Under the pieces are notes generated by a model. It made no database searches. It was not told where the DNA came from and saw only the letters and a program-made list of their open reading frames with translations. The translations under genes and the position numbers were made by a program. From a virus (Duplodnaviria; Caudoviricetes), in the IMG/VR virus record IMGVR_UViG_3300025280_000031, positions 2,003 to 66,002 of that record: a stretch of DNA of 64,000 nucleotides; one strand, written 5' to 3'. This document shows, one piece after another, positions 39,431 through 49,909 of this stretch (position 1 is its first letter; each line of letters opens with the position of its first letter).

Positions 39431-41467
39431 CTACTGGTTTTCAAGCTTTGCCTCTAGTTCTGCAACTTTTGCTGATAATTCTTGAACTGCTTTTACGAGA
39501 ATAGTAGTCATTGACGATTTTGAGACCCTTTGTCTACCATCGGGGTCGACTGACCAAGAATTATGGTCAGGAACATTATATTTATCGACTACTTCTTTTA
39601 CTTCTTGAGCTATAAATCCCCAATGATATTTATTACTGCCGCCCATGGGAGTGGTATCCTCTGGATTGTATGCAGTCCATTCTTGAGGAAATTCGCTTGG
39701 AGATTTATGTCTATACTTAACTGGATTTAAATCGTTTATAAAATCTAATCCTATATCTATACATTCAATATCTTTCTTTTGCCTTCGATCTGAAGATGCA
39801 TCCCAAGTTTCATCAGAATTAAAATCACACCTGATGTGGCTTGTATCATTTCCAATATGAACTGCATTGTCAGCAGTTCCATTCATATTGTTGCCAATAA
39901 CAATTTGATTGTGTGCCGTTGCATCTTGAGCATCACAACTTACACCTATGCATGTATTCTCGTAACCAGTCGTAGTATCATCACCTGCGTAGGCGCCAAT
40001 AAAGGTATTAGAATGAGCGGTTGTTATCATGACCATGCCGGCGGCGGCTCCGACGCATGTGTTGTTGTTACCATCTATGTCATTAGTTCCACCGCCGGTG
40101 GTGTAGTCGCCCAACATTGCGTTTGCACCGATAGCGGTATTGCCGGCGCCCGTTCCAACATAACCTCCTGCTGACGCTCCAACTGCGGTGTTATTGCCGT
40201 CACCATCTGCTGATACGGCCGCGGCGAGGGTGCCGTAGCCGATAGCGGTATTGCCATCACCAACAATGTTAACAGCCAAAGCGGAGTTCCCAATGGCGGT
40301 TTGATATTGTCCTACTGTGAGGGATGAGCCGGCATCAAGGCCTATGGCAACAGTGCCGTCTGCATCTGCAGTCATGACGTCTGCACCAGCGCCGTAACCA
40401 ATACAAACTGTACCGTCAACAAGCTGTGTCGATCCGCCGGCGTCTTTGCCAACAAAAACATTTTTTATGCCTGTAGTAACAGCATCACCAGCAGCGGCGC
40501 CTATGGCAGTGTTCGAGTTCGGCTGATTGCCACCGGTTTGACTGGCGAGAGCATTATATCCTACTGCTGTATTAAAATCGCCGACATCCTCCAATAATAG
40601 CGCAGTGTGACCAATGGCTGTATTATATTGGCCAGTTGTAATTGCAGCACCTGCACTTTTACCGACCAAAACTGTACCGTCAGCAAGAGTACTACCAGCA
40701 GCAAGAGCAACGCCGGCGCCCGAACCAATAACAACAAGATCGCTCATCGTCGTCGCGACTACAGCGGTGTTGTAACCAATAATTACATTATCGTCCCCAG
40801 TTGTAAGGTCATTTCCAGCGTTTTCGCCCATCAAAAGATTGTAATTTCCACCAGCTTCGATAGCAGCGCCGGCGAGCTTGCCAAACACCGTATTTGAAGT
40901 GCCGAGCACGTTTGTAAGAATATCTCCTTTAAAAGAAACAGAACCAGAGAAAGTGGCGTTGCCGTCGTCGGTGAGGCAAAGGGCAGTGGCAGCCCGTGGC
41001 TGGAAATCAATTCTTCCGCCGGTGCTTGCTGTCGTCGACAAGAGCATCTCACCGGTGGCGGTGTTAACGTTAAACGAAACTCCCGTACTCCCATGGCCAG
41101 AATCGCCGATGCCCCACGCGGGGTTGTCGTTCATCCCGATCCCCCTTAGATAATAACGATTGCCTCCGACACCGGAGTGCAGGCCAGAATCCTTCAATGT
41201 GAGAATACAATTCCCTTCTGCCTGTGTGCCCGTTTCGTCAGTGTTCGTGGATTCCATCAAAATGCCCCTGCCTCCACTAACATGAAGAGCGTAGGGATGA
41301 TTTCCGTCGGCTTCGCTGCCGCTGGCGATAATAAGCACAGAGCCTGAAACTATAAGGTTTCTGTTACCTTTATCGCCTCTAATTTCAACACTATTTGAAG
41401 CAGTTAAATAGGATGTACTAGTATTGCTTGGTTCAAAACTGCTTCCTCCACCACCTGGTCCTGACAT
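39431..41467 (-). CDS. fibre/spike protein with N-T-A-x-G beta-helix repeats and a C-terminal S74 intramolecular chaperone
   Basis: repeated NTAIG/NTAVG; SSDRRQKKDI...GFIAQEV...LVKAVQEL. Confidence 0.85.
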   Translation of the reverse strand: MSGPGGGGSSFEPSNTSTSYLTASNSVEIRGDKGNRNLIVSGSVLIIASGSEADGNHPYALHVSGGRGILMESTNTDETGTQAEGNCILTLKDSGLHSGVGGNRYYLRGIGMNDNPAWGIGDSGHGSTGVSFNVNTATGEMLLSTTASTGGRIDFQPRAATALCLTDDGNATFSGSVSFKGDILTNVLGTSNTVFGKLAGAAIEAGGNYNLLMGENAGNDLTTGDDNVIIGYNTAVVATTMSDLVVIGSGAGVALAAGSTLADGTVLVGKSAGAAITTGQYNTAIGHTALLLEDVGDFNTAVGYNALASQTGGNQPNSNTAIGAAAGDAVTTGIKNVFVGKDAGGSTQLVDGTVCIGYGAGADVMTADADGTVAIGLDAGSSLTVGQYQTAIGNSALAVNIVGDGNTAIGYGTLAAAVSADGDGNNTAVGASAGGYVGTGAGNTAIGANAMLGDYTTGGGTNDIDGNNNTCVGAAAGMVMITTAHSNTFIGAYAGDDTTTGYENTCIGVSCDAQDATAHNQIVIGNNMNGTADNAVHIGNDTSHIRCDFNSDETWDASSDRRQKKDIECIDIGLDFINDLNPVKYRHKSPSEFPQEWTAYNPEDTTPMGGSNKYHWGFIAQEVKEVVDKYNVPDHNSWSVDPDGRQRVSKSSMTTILVKAVQELSAKVAELEAKLENQ

Positions 41468-41480
41468 TTACTTGTTCTCC

Positions 41481-41945
41481 TTATTGATTGGACTCGGTCC
41501 ACGCATCATCATCGGGACCTATTGTTAATCCCGAACCGGTAAGAGTATACATCTCACCTGTGTCGATATGCGTTATCTCAGCATATATTTCATAAGCGCC
41601 TTCGTCCGATGCGTCGACATTATAAATATAAATTTCTTTGCACTTACAACGGAATGTATATGAATCACGGTTTTCAGTTAAAGTGACATAATGCAATCCA
41701 TCAAAAGTGCTTGTTCCGGCAACATTGTCTGTGAAATATACTCTTAAATCGGGAGCTGCTTTGTTGACAACAACAACCTCTCTTGCAATTCTTGGAAAAA
41801 CAATTTTATGCTGCGCTGTCGTTGCAATAGTTAAAGCACCAGTCATATACGGAGTGCCAGCAACTAAATAAGAACTTGCATTTCCAATTCCTGGTCGGGG
41901 ATAGTGATTATAATTTTTTCTATCATCTTTATAAGCCTCTGTCAT
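41481..41945 (-). CDS. hypothetical, probably virion protein
   Basis: AGGAG SD; ACTAATTA motif upstream at 41966-41973. Confidence 0.65.
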   Translation of the reverse strand: MTEAYKDDRKNYNHYPRPGIGNASSYLVAGTPYMTGALTIATTAQHKIVFPRIAREVVVVNKAAPDLRVYFTDNVAGTSTFDGLHYVTLTENRDSYTFRCKCKEIYIYNVDASDEGAYEIYAEITHIDTGEMYTLTGSGLTIGPDDDAWTESNQ

Positions 41946-41964
41946 TATATTCTCCTACTTTTTA

Positions 41965-42177
41965 TTAATTAGTTTCTTGTTTGGCTTTCAACTTGTCCAA
42001 AGTTGCTTTTCTTCTCTTTTTCATCCTTCTTTTTTCCTCAGATTTTTTTTCATAATACATCCTTTCACGAATGTCTTCTATGATTCTTTCTTTCTTAACT
42101 TTCTTTGCAAATCTTTTCAAAGCCCTTTCAATGTTCTCGTCCCTTTTAAGTCTGACTTCTACGTTAACTGACTTCAT
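41965..42177 (-). CDS. rpsU: 30S ribosomal protein bS21
   Basis: V.V...ENIERALKRF.KKV....I....R...YYEKKSE.KRR; start reassigned to MKSVN. Confidence 0.85.
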   Translation of the reverse strand: MKSVNVEVRLKRDENIERALKRFAKKVKKERIIEDIRERMYYEKKSEEKRRMKKRRKATLDKLKAKQETN

Positions 42178-42182
42178 ATTTT

Positions 42183-42614
42183 TTATCCTCTCGCCAACGT
42201 TTTCCAAGCAGCCACATTTCCCATTAAACCTGAAATGTCCACGCCGGCGTCGTTGGGATCCACATTGGAAAGTGGGCCTTGCGGCGAGCTTCCATCTTCC
42301 GGACTTCCTGCTTTTGACATTGGCGCTGTTCCTTCGAATAAATTGACTCCATTATAAGAGTCTTTGCCAACTGCGTCTAACATTTTCTTTCTGGTCTCGT
42401 TGATCTTTTGAGACCTCTTTTGTTTTTCTTGCAATTGCAATTGTTTTATTTCGTCATCATTTTGCCTTTGTTCAACAATTGGTTGTCGTGTTGCTCCCAA
42501 GCCTTTGACAACTTCAGAAATGACATTAGACAATAAACCTTCTTCTAAGAGGGCTTCTTGAATGCATTCTTTAATAAGCGGCTTTAATACTTTTTTGAGT
42601 TCTGATTTTTTCAT
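42183..42614 (-). CDS. hypothetical prohead-associated protein
   Basis: MKKSELKKVLKPLIKECIQE...WKTLA; start reassigned (ATGA overlap). Confidence 0.7.
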   Translation of the reverse strand: MKKSELKKVLKPLIKECIQEALLEEGLLSNVISEVVKGLGATRQPIVEQRQNDDEIKQLQLQEKQKRSQKINETRKKMLDAVGKDSYNGVNLFEGTAPMSKAGSPEDGSSPQGPLSNVDPNDAGVDISGLMGNVAAWKTLARG

Positions 42615-43048
42615 TTTTCTCTGGAGGTAGTTAGATCTAGCTGTAAGTAATCTATTTGTATCGGTTTCACCCTCCGCTTGCCGGCGAGTTGGTCCTCTCT
42701 CGGCCATGCAAAATTTACAGGCGGCACATATAGTTGCTCCGCCGCCTTCAGTTCTTCTTCGGTTTCTGCTGCCACCTTCGCCTCGACTTTGAGGGCGTGC
42801 GCTAGCTTGGCCGAGTTCCATTCGTCTTCAGGCACCTCGCCCTCTGTTTCGGGGGTGAGGCCCGGAAGAATCATGTTTTCCTGTTCAGGTCTTAAGTGCT
42901 CCGGAGGAGGGCCATTTTTAGATGATGGTTTTACACGAACGGAAACTGTTGATTGTCCGAATCCTGCGACTGCTGGTGCAGCTTCATTCAAAACCTTTTC
43001 AAGTTCTTCTTTGATGATTTGTTTAAGTTGTGATTTGGTTATTTTCAT
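42611..43048 (-). CDS. leader-family protein (MKITKSQLKQIIKEEL)
   Basis: shared N-terminal motif; coupled to the protease gene. Confidence 0.75.
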   Translation of the reverse strand: MKITKSQLKQIIKEELEKVLNEAAPAVAGFGQSTVSVRVKPSSKNGPPPEHLRPEQENMILPGLTPETEGEVPEDEWNSAKLAHALKVEAKVAAETEEELKAAEQLYVPPVNFAWPREDQLAGKRRVKPIQIDYLQLDLTTSREK

Positions 43049-43665
43049 TTATCGCCTTCTCCTCTTAATATATCATTTAATGCGCGATTGATTCTATCTG
43101 CTTTTGTGAAAGCGCCTTTTGCAGCGTTTTCATGAAGGTGTCTTGGCTTCATGTAAGCGCCGGTTGTTGAAGGTTCTGAGACCATGTCGAAACAAATCAA
43201 TTGGAAATCGTCTTCAACGATTGTATCTCCGTTGGATTCAGTAACTGATCCCATTCCTCTCGAAGAAATTCCTAATTTTACTCCAGCATTGACAAGTTCT
43301 TTTAATACTTGGCCTGAAGGAGTGTTTAAAACTTGAATTTTGCCCATTACAGCGTCTTCTTGCCACCAAACCTCTGTTACAAGATGAGAAGCATTCCTGA
43401 GATTAATAACTGACTCATCTGGATGATCTAATTCTCCCAATGCTCTCCTTTCTTTTACAATCTTTGTGTAATTTTGGACTTCTCTTTCTAAAATAGCACC
43501 AGGATAAACACGACCATTCCCATTTTTAGCATTTGCTCTTTGCATAACTCCAGAAAGGAAAACGTGACCTTCTTTGACCATTTTTTTTTCGGCCTCGGTT
43601 AAAAAGTCTTGGCAAACGCCGCCTTCACAAAGCTCATAGTATTCTCTTAGTAATAATTTTGACAT
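43045..43665 (-). CDS. prohead core protease (gp21-like)
   Basis: NGNGRVYP, GELDHP, SH, TPSG, GISSRGMGS, FDMVSEPST. Confidence 0.95.
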   Translation of the reverse strand: MSKLLLREYYELCEGGVCQDFLTEAEKKMVKEGHVFLSGVMQRANAKNGNGRVYPGAILEREVQNYTKIVKERRALGELDHPDESVINLRNASHLVTEVWWQEDAVMGKIQVLNTPSGQVLKELVNAGVKLGISSRGMGSVTESNGDTIVEDDFQLICFDMVSEPSTTGAYMKPRHLHENAAKGAFTKADRINRALNDILRGEGDK

Positions 43666-44081
43666 TATCGCGGTGTCTCCAACTCAGCCTCTGCCGATGG
43701 AAGTGTTTCTTCCTCAAAGAAATGGTCATCTAATACATGATCCAAATCGATTTGGCCTTCGGTAGTTCCTTCAATAAATCCAGTTAGAGCAGCCTCAAGA
43801 ACCATAATTATCTCTTTTCTTGCAGCCTCTTTGTTAAATTCTTCATACCCTTTATATTCTTCAAGTACTCCTTCCGCAATTTCTTCAAACATATCCTTCA
43901 ACGTATTAAGCAAATCGTCGAAACCGAGAACGGCGGTGCCGCCATATGCGTGTCCCAAGCGTTCAGGACTAAACTCTGTCTCACTTTCGCCTTCAGGATA
44001 ATCTGTTATATCGACTTCCTTTAAAGCGTTTCCAATCTCTTCTTTAACAATTTGTTTGAGTCTCAATTTAGTTACTTTCAT
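43665..44081 (-). CDS. leader-family acidic protein (MKVTKLRLKQIVKEEI)
   Basis: shared N-terminal motif. Confidence 0.72.
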   Translation of the reverse strand: MKVTKLRLKQIVKEEIGNALKEVDITDYPEGESETEFSPERLGHAYGGTAVLGFDDLLNTLKDMFEEIAEGVLEEYKGYEEFNKEAARKEIIMVLEAALTGFIEGTTEGQIDLDHVLDDHFFEEETLPSAEAELETPR

Positions 44082-44085
44082 ATAG

Positions 44086-44154
44086 TCACGATCCTTTACA
44101 GCAATGCCTCACCGGCTGGAGCATCCATTTAGCTGTCCAATTTTCTGTATTCAT
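44086..44154 (-). CDS. 22-aa peptide MNTENWTAKWMLQPVRHCCKGS
   Basis: GGAG SD 6 nt before the ATG; fills the gap to the next start. Confidence 0.5.
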   Translation of the reverse strand: MNTENWTAKWMLQPVRHCCKGS

Positions 44155-44425
44155 GTTTAACTCCGTTATCTCCAAATAATGTACATAAGATATAAGATGT
44201 TCCAGAACTCAAACATCCCAATAAAAAGTAATTAACAATATTATTATCAAATATAAATAGTTCTGTGTACCTGTTTATGCCTACTAAAAATACACCAATC
44301 CAAAAGCCCACACATATGGGACAATGAAAAAAATGATGCTTTGGTCTGACTCTATTAAATATTGTGCCGTAGACCAAAATTTGTGTCAACCCATAAGCAC
44401 AAAGAATAAAATATATCAGCTCCAT
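44129..44425 (-). CDS. small membrane protein with a CPIC.GFW motif
   Basis: three hydrophobic segments. Confidence 0.65.
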   Translation of the reverse strand: MELIYFILCAYGLTQILVYGTIFNRVRPKHHFFHCPICVGFWIGVFLVGINRYTELFIFDNNIVNYFLLGCLSSGTSYILCTLFGDNGVKHEYRKLDS

Positions 44426-44426
44426 T

Positions 44427-44963
44427 TTAATACCTATAGAAGGATGTCATGCCATATGGCCCACGAATATATCCAGGAATAAGCGTGCCTTTTCTTTCTT
44501 CATGAGGCACTTCGCCAAGTTCTGTTGAATGCTCCGCATCCGGCTCTGTAAGATAATCTAATTCATCTTCCTCATATTGTTTTCTTCTGTTGAAATATGG
44601 CTCCTCTTCTTTAAGGAACTTTGATACTGAATATAGAGCAACCTGTACTGGATCGATATCTTCATTAATTGAATTTAGTATTACAGCTTCCATAGAGCCG
44701 TAAATATTTCCGCCTTGAACACTTTCAAAAGAGATAACTCCTTTTTTTCTTAAAAATCTAAAAAGCCTATCTTGCGCTTCGTAAACCTTATCCGAAAACA
44801 TATCTTTTGCGAAAGATAATACTTTTTTGTTTTCGCCATTTTCCGTCAATACAATATCAATGTCTTCGTGATCGAAAATCATAAGACTTCCATCAAGACC
44901 TTTTCTTGCGTTTAAAGTAATAGTTTCTTGAATTTTACTTCCAATGGTTATTTTAATGTTCAT
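44427..44963 (-). CDS. hypothetical protein
   Basis: 178-aa ORF in the head operon. Confidence 0.7.
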   Translation of the reverse strand: MNIKITIGSKIQETITLNARKGLDGSLMIFDHEDIDIVLTENGENKKVLSFAKDMFSDKVYEAQDRLFRFLRKKGVISFESVQGGNIYGSMEAVILNSINEDIDPVQVALYSVSKFLKEEEPYFNRRKQYEEDELDYLTEPDAEHSTELGEVPHEERKGTLIPGYIRGPYGMTSFYRY

Positions 44964-45783
44964 CTTTGTGGATCTCTTTTACTAAATTTTGAATTTTAAG
45001 AACTTTCATAATCACGTTTTTGTTAATCTTTTCTTTTTTAAAATTTTCCAAAATTTGCAAAACTTTTTTTGTTTTTTTTGTCATTTCTAAATCTTGCTTT
45101 ATGTCTTTTAGCTTCAAAGAATCTTCAACAACCTTCCTCAACCTAGACACCTCTTCGTTTAAAAATATTTTTAATTCAACACCATTATTAGAAAAAGAAG
45201 AAATATATTTATTTAAAAGCTCTTTTTGTTCCGAGATCAACTTTGATGCATATTCTAAATTGAATTTGTTTACAAACGATTTATATACTAAATTGTCAAT
45301 AGGCTTAATTGTTAACTCGTTGATTTCAGTTTTATTTGATATTTTTTTAATTAATGCCTGTTCTAATAATACGCGTTTTTTAGTTGGGGTTTCTTCGTTA
45401 AATATTTGATAAGCTGTAGCTAAACTTTTATAGTTCGATACAAAATTTGAAAAAACAGAATTCGAAAGAAGGGAATTGATTTTTTTAATTAAAGCACTTT
45501 GCTCTAGAAATAATTGTTTTTTGTCTATACTGCAATGTTCCTTTCTTATTTCGTAAACAAGCTTTTCAGCAGTCTGTGGTTCTAAATCATACGATTCACA
45601 AAGAGTTTTATACAATTTTAATTCTTTATAAAGCAGTGACTTCTTTTCAAAATGTTTTTTTATAATGGAAACTATTTCATTTTTTAATTCTAAATTTTTT
45701 TCCAAAACTGCTTTCGTCATTTCTTTAATTAAAGATTCATAAAGAAAAGCAGTATTACGTTTCTTATTGTGTTTTAGTTTCAT
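44953..45783 (-). CDS. hypothetical helical protein downstream of portal
   Basis: MKLKHNKKRNTAFLYE; ACTAATTA motif upstream at 45861-45868. Confidence 0.7.
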   Translation of the reverse strand: MKLKHNKKRNTAFLYESLIKEMTKAVLEKNLELKNEIVSIIKKHFEKKSLLYKELKLYKTLCESYDLEPQTAEKLVYEIRKEHCSIDKKQLFLEQSALIKKINSLLSNSVFSNFVSNYKSLATAYQIFNEETPTKKRVLLEQALIKKISNKTEINELTIKPIDNLVYKSFVNKFNLEYASKLISEQKELLNKYISSFSNNGVELKIFLNEEVSRLRKVVEDSLKLKDIKQDLEMTKKTKKVLQILENFKKEKINKNVIMKVLKIQNLVKEIHKDEH

Positions 45784-47731
45784 TATCTTTCAACTCCAAT
45801 TCTGTAATCAAAAATTTAACTTCATTATTTACTTCGAATAATCTTTTTTCCTCACTTGAATAATTAGTATCTTTACCCTCAGGAAGCCCCCTTCCAAGTC
45901 CTAATAAATCTGAAAAGCCTTTATGAGTGTTTCTTCTGGTTGCTTTCCCCGTTTCGGAAGAATACTGACTCATATAACTCCTTTTTCTTGCACCAGATTT
46001 TCTTTTATCAGTCTTGACCGGCATATACCACCTGTTATTTGAATTAGATGTTGTGGTCGCTCCATCTTTTCTTTTAAGTTTGTACCAATCTGCATCATCT
46101 CTTTTCGCTGGTGTGGCTGGAGGCGGCAAAATAGCAGTTTCTGGCTCTTCTCCAGGTACTTCTTCTCCTGCGGGGAGAGCTTCAGGAGCCGGTTCTTCTC
46201 CCGGGAGGGCGGGTTCTTCACCTTCTAAACCAAATTCGCCGCCGGGCATTCCTCCTAATCCAATTTCCCCTTCACCTAATTCTTCACCTGCAGCTGCGGC
46301 TTCCAATAGAGCTTCAAATTTGCGATCATAAAACATCTCTCTTTGTATTCTAATAAACTCTTCATCAGAGATATTAAATACATTTTTAGCAACCCAGCCT
46401 TTACTAAAGAATCCTTCTGTTGCAGAAGTTGCAACTTCAAATTTCGTTCTCCAGTTTTCAAGCTCTTGAAGTTCTGCAATCCTGGATGGGTTGTTTAATG
46501 TCAAGCCAAATGATATTAAATCATCTCCACGATAGCCAAGAGTATATAAATGAATGATTCCTATTTTTTCTAATTCTGATAATATTGACCTCTGAAGTCT
46601 CTGAATTGTTCTCGCGAAACGAATATCCTTTTGTGCAAGAGTTGTCTTATCTTCTTCTGCTCCATCACCTCTAAAAAGATATGATTGAGGGATTTTTAAA
46701 GCAGCAAATAATTTATCCTTAAGATATTTAATATCATCAATATCACCAGTGTAACTTCCACCAGGAAGATTTTCAACTCGAGTCGAAGCACCACCTCTAA
46801 CAGGAATAAAATAATCTTCTTCAATGCTTAAGGGGTTATAACGCAAATCAACTCGCCCGGTATCTGAATCAATAACTTGATTTCGTTTCATTTGCGTCAT
46901 CGCTCTTTGCATAAACTGTTCAACATCTTCTGGCGGAATATTTCCAACATCTATGTAGAAAATCTTTCTTTCTGGAGAACGAACAATACGATAGGCCATC
47001 ACAGCGTCTTCCAAAAGATTCAGTTGTCTCCAAATTCTTCTTGCTGGTTCTAAAATACTTGTTCCATATGGAGTATATTTGTCATTTCCTAAAACTCGAA
47101 AATGAGCAACCTGCCAATTTTCCAAAGTTAAGCCGCCGGTGTTCCATTGAAATTGAACATAATTTGGATTAGTATCATCCTGCGCCTCCATTCTTTCTAG
47201 ATCTTGTCCTGGAAGGCCAATAACATTTCTCACGCCCAGTTCTTGGTCGACGTCCAAATAAAGAAAGTAATCACCAAATTTACACATCGAACGACACCAG
47301 CCAAAAAGATTAAATTCAATATTTAAAATATTATTATAAAGATTATCAAGAACGCCTTTAATTTCTTCATTTGGACATTTTATATCCAACAAACGAGATA
47401 ATCCAGTTGAAGTTGTCATTTCGTCTGCGTAAACATCTAAAGCAGAAGCAATAATTGGCTCATATTCCATTTGATCAAAATCTGCATATCTCTCAATACG
47501 ATTTTGGTTTGCCATAATATTTGCAGTCATATTCGCAAATGGGTCATACGTCGTCTTTTTAAATTGTTTACCGGCTGCAGAAGTAAAACTATATTTATCT
47601 AACTCTCTTCTCTTTTCTTTTCTTGGTCTCTGGCTTTTATAGTTCGTAATTGGACCAGAGAACAGTCTTGTTAGTTGTTTGAATAATTTAGATTGTGGAT
47701 TTCTTGGATTTTTTTTATCTTTATCGGCCAT
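45764..47731 (-). CDS. portal protein (gp20-like)
   Basis: LLEDAVMAYRIVRSPERKIFYIDVGN, EEDYFIP, LPGG, DIKY...LF.AL.IP. Confidence 0.95.
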   Translation of the reverse strand: MADKDKKNPRNPQSKLFKQLTRLFSGPITNYKSQRPRKEKRRELDKYSFTSAAGKQFKKTTYDPFANMTANIMANQNRIERYADFDQMEYEPIIASALDVYADEMTTSTGLSRLLDIKCPNEEIKGVLDNLYNNILNIEFNLFGWCRSMCKFGDYFLYLDVDQELGVRNVIGLPGQDLERMEAQDDTNPNYVQFQWNTGGLTLENWQVAHFRVLGNDKYTPYGTSILEPARRIWRQLNLLEDAVMAYRIVRSPERKIFYIDVGNIPPEDVEQFMQRAMTQMKRNQVIDSDTGRVDLRYNPLSIEEDYFIPVRGGASTRVENLPGGSYTGDIDDIKYLKDKLFAALKIPQSYLFRGDGAEEDKTTLAQKDIRFARTIQRLQRSILSELEKIGIIHLYTLGYRGDDLISFGLTLNNPSRIAELQELENWRTKFEVATSATEGFFSKGWVAKNVFNISDEEFIRIQREMFYDRKFEALLEAAAAGEELGEGEIGLGGMPGGEFGLEGEEPALPGEEPAPEALPAGEEVPGEEPETAILPPPATPAKRDDADWYKLKRKDGATTTSNSNNRWYMPVKTDKRKSGARKRSYMSQYSSETGKATRRNTHKGFSDLLGLGRGLPEGKDTNYSSEEKRLFEVNNEVKFLITELELKDNETKTQ

Positions 47732-47736
47732 TAACT

Positions 47737-49323
47737 TTATCCTTTAAGAAGCCAAGAAAACTTCTCTTGCTCCTTTACATTTTTTTTTATTCGATTACTT
47801 TTTTCAATTGACTTATAACCGTGCATTCCGGGTACAGTTGTATTAATAATACTATCAGATTTAAACATTGAAGTTAAACAAGCCTTGTGGTGTTCGATCT
47901 TTCTTTTGTTTTCCACAAATACAGTATCTTTGATCCAGCATCCAATTGCAAAAGACATAACTAAATCATCATTTTCTGAACGCATTGCTTGAGCCTTTCC
48001 GTTGTGCCAAATAAAAGTTTTAAACTCATTATAAAGTCTAGACGAATACGTTGTAATTAGCTTGTTCCTTATAAATTCTTCCATTTTTGCTACAATGATT
48101 GGTCTTGTTTTTAGCGACGTAGTAAAACCAGCTACTCCATTAGAAATATTTTCTGCAGTCAACTGATCAATATATTCATGAGTTGACTTAACAGAATAAT
48201 AAATATTCGAATATTCTAGTTCTTTTAACTTTTCCAAAACTGCAAAACCAACTGAATTGTTTTCAACAACTAATAAGCAATCGCCATATTCCTTACCAGC
48301 ATCAAAAAGTATATTTGAAAAAATATCTGGTGTTACCTTACCTTGATATTCTGCAATTATTTCTGCTGTTTCTAATTTAAAAACATGAAATACAGAATAG
48401 TCTTGTCCATCGCCTCTCGCAACATCTGCGGTCAGCATGTATGTGCATTCTGGTTTATATTCTTCCCAAATCCAAAAATTTCTATCAAAACCAGTTCTAT
48501 GCTTTGGTTCCTTAACACACTGTTCCATAAATGTTATATCATCCGGATGAATTACAGTTTCGCCAGAAGTGTTAAAGTTGCATTCTAGTTCTTGAGACAC
48601 TTGTCTAATAGACATATTTTTAGTTTCTTTTTCAAACCAAGTTTGATCACGATCTGGATGGACATCCCATAATAACTTTATTGAATGAAAATCATTTCTT
48701 CTCGATTCTGCATCAATGTACGTTTTGTAAAACCAACCACCAACACCATTCGGAGTACTGAGTGCAATGACGCGCCCACCAGTTGAAATTGTAGGATATA
48801 ACCCTGTCCACAATTCATCAAGACCATCAACATGTGCTGCCTCATCAATAACCAATAAGGACAACGCCTCTGAACGACCCGCATCAGGAGAAGTGGTGGA
48901 TGCTTTAATTTGTGAACCGTTGTCCAGTTCAAAGCTAGTTCTATTATCGACTATAACTTTAGAAATCTGCATCCATTCCGGGAGACGCTTAATAATAGAC
49001 TTAACTTTTTTGACAAGATTTCCTGCTGTACTAAATTTTGTTGCCATAACAAGAACATTTTTATCTCTATGGAACAACATCAACCAAACAATATAAGCCG
49101 CTGTAATCGTTGAAATGCCAAGCTGTCTGGCTTTTAGAATAATATTAAAACGATAATCATTAAAATCGTCGATAAGATCCTCTTGATAATCATAAAGTTT
49201 AAAAGGGATTAACCCTTTCATTGGATGAGAAATCTTGCAATAATTATTTATGAAGTAAGTTGGATTCTTACCACTCTTAAGAATCTCTTTTGTAATCTCT
49301 TTTTTTGTTAATTGATAGGACAT
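47737..49323 (-). CDS. terminase large subunit (gp17-like)
   Basis: KARQLGIST, LLVIDEAAH, STPNG, QELEC, ADVARG, VENN, DDLVMS. Confidence 0.95.
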   Translation of the reverse strand: MSYQLTKKEITKEILKSGKNPTYFINNYCKISHPMKGLIPFKLYDYQEDLIDDFNDYRFNIILKARQLGISTITAAYIVWLMLFHRDKNVLVMATKFSTAGNLVKKVKSIIKRLPEWMQISKVIVDNRTSFELDNGSQIKASTTSPDAGRSEALSLLVIDEAAHVDGLDELWTGLYPTISTGGRVIALSTPNGVGGWFYKTYIDAESRRNDFHSIKLLWDVHPDRDQTWFEKETKNMSIRQVSQELECNFNTSGETVIHPDDITFMEQCVKEPKHRTGFDRNFWIWEEYKPECTYMLTADVARGDGQDYSVFHVFKLETAEIIAEYQGKVTPDIFSNILFDAGKEYGDCLLVVENNSVGFAVLEKLKELEYSNIYYSVKSTHEYIDQLTAENISNGVAGFTTSLKTRPIIVAKMEEFIRNKLITTYSSRLYNEFKTFIWHNGKAQAMRSENDDLVMSFAIGCWIKDTVFVENKRKIEHHKACLTSMFKSDSIINTTVPGMHGYKSIEKSNRIKKNVKEQEKFSWLLKG

Positions 49324-49333
49324 TCATCACTTA

Positions 49334-49909
49334 TCACTGTTCTTTTTTTCGAGTTACATTCTTGGCATAGTTCTTGCCTTTCCCAATTTCAAAGTTTTTA
49401 TTATATGCTAACCAGTTTTTAGTAACTTTATCTAATCTTTCTTTTGCAGAAGAGCCTTCCTCAACGGGGAGCACTCCATCAAGACCGCCAATTTTATATA
49501 CACAAGTAGCTTGGCAGTTGCTTCGAACATTACTAATGTGTTGAACCATAATATCGACTTCGCCTTCTTTTGTAAGAGTTAAAATGTTACCAGTGACTTT
49601 TTTATATTCTCTCTTCAAATAATTTGCTACGTCATTGACAGTCGCTGTAATATTATTTTCAAACTTGTTTCTGTCGTGAGTCTCTTTTAATTTAATTTCT
49701 GCATGATACAAAATATTTAATTTGTTTCCCGCGAGTCGAACTTTGAAACCATCAACCTCGCGAGAATCCAAGACTGCATCGCCTTGTTCTCTACGAAGCC
49801 CCATACTTCTCTCTTCGCCATCAGCGTTGTAACGGGCATCGTGAGAGCCATCGTAAGCATTTGCGGCGGCTTGTGAGATTCCTTGAATAATATCTAATAC
49901 AGTTGCCAT
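49334..49909 (-). CDS. hypothetical protein
   Basis: AGGAG SD; ACTATTTA motif upstream at 49940-49947. Confidence 0.7.
   Translation of the reverse strand: MATVLDIIQGISQAAANAYDGSHDARYNADGEERSMGLRREQGDAVLDSREVDGFKVRLAGNKLNILYHAEIKLKETHDRNKFENNITATVNDVANYLKREYKKVTGNILTLTKEGEVDIMVQHISNVRSNCQATCVYKIGGLDGVLPVEEGSSAKERLDKVTKNWLAYNKNFEIGKGKNYAKNVTRKKEQ

Noticed and set aside
42615-42821. N-terminal extension of ORF 42183..42821
   Set aside because: It is an alternative frame of the tagged gene 42611-43048; the real start is 42614
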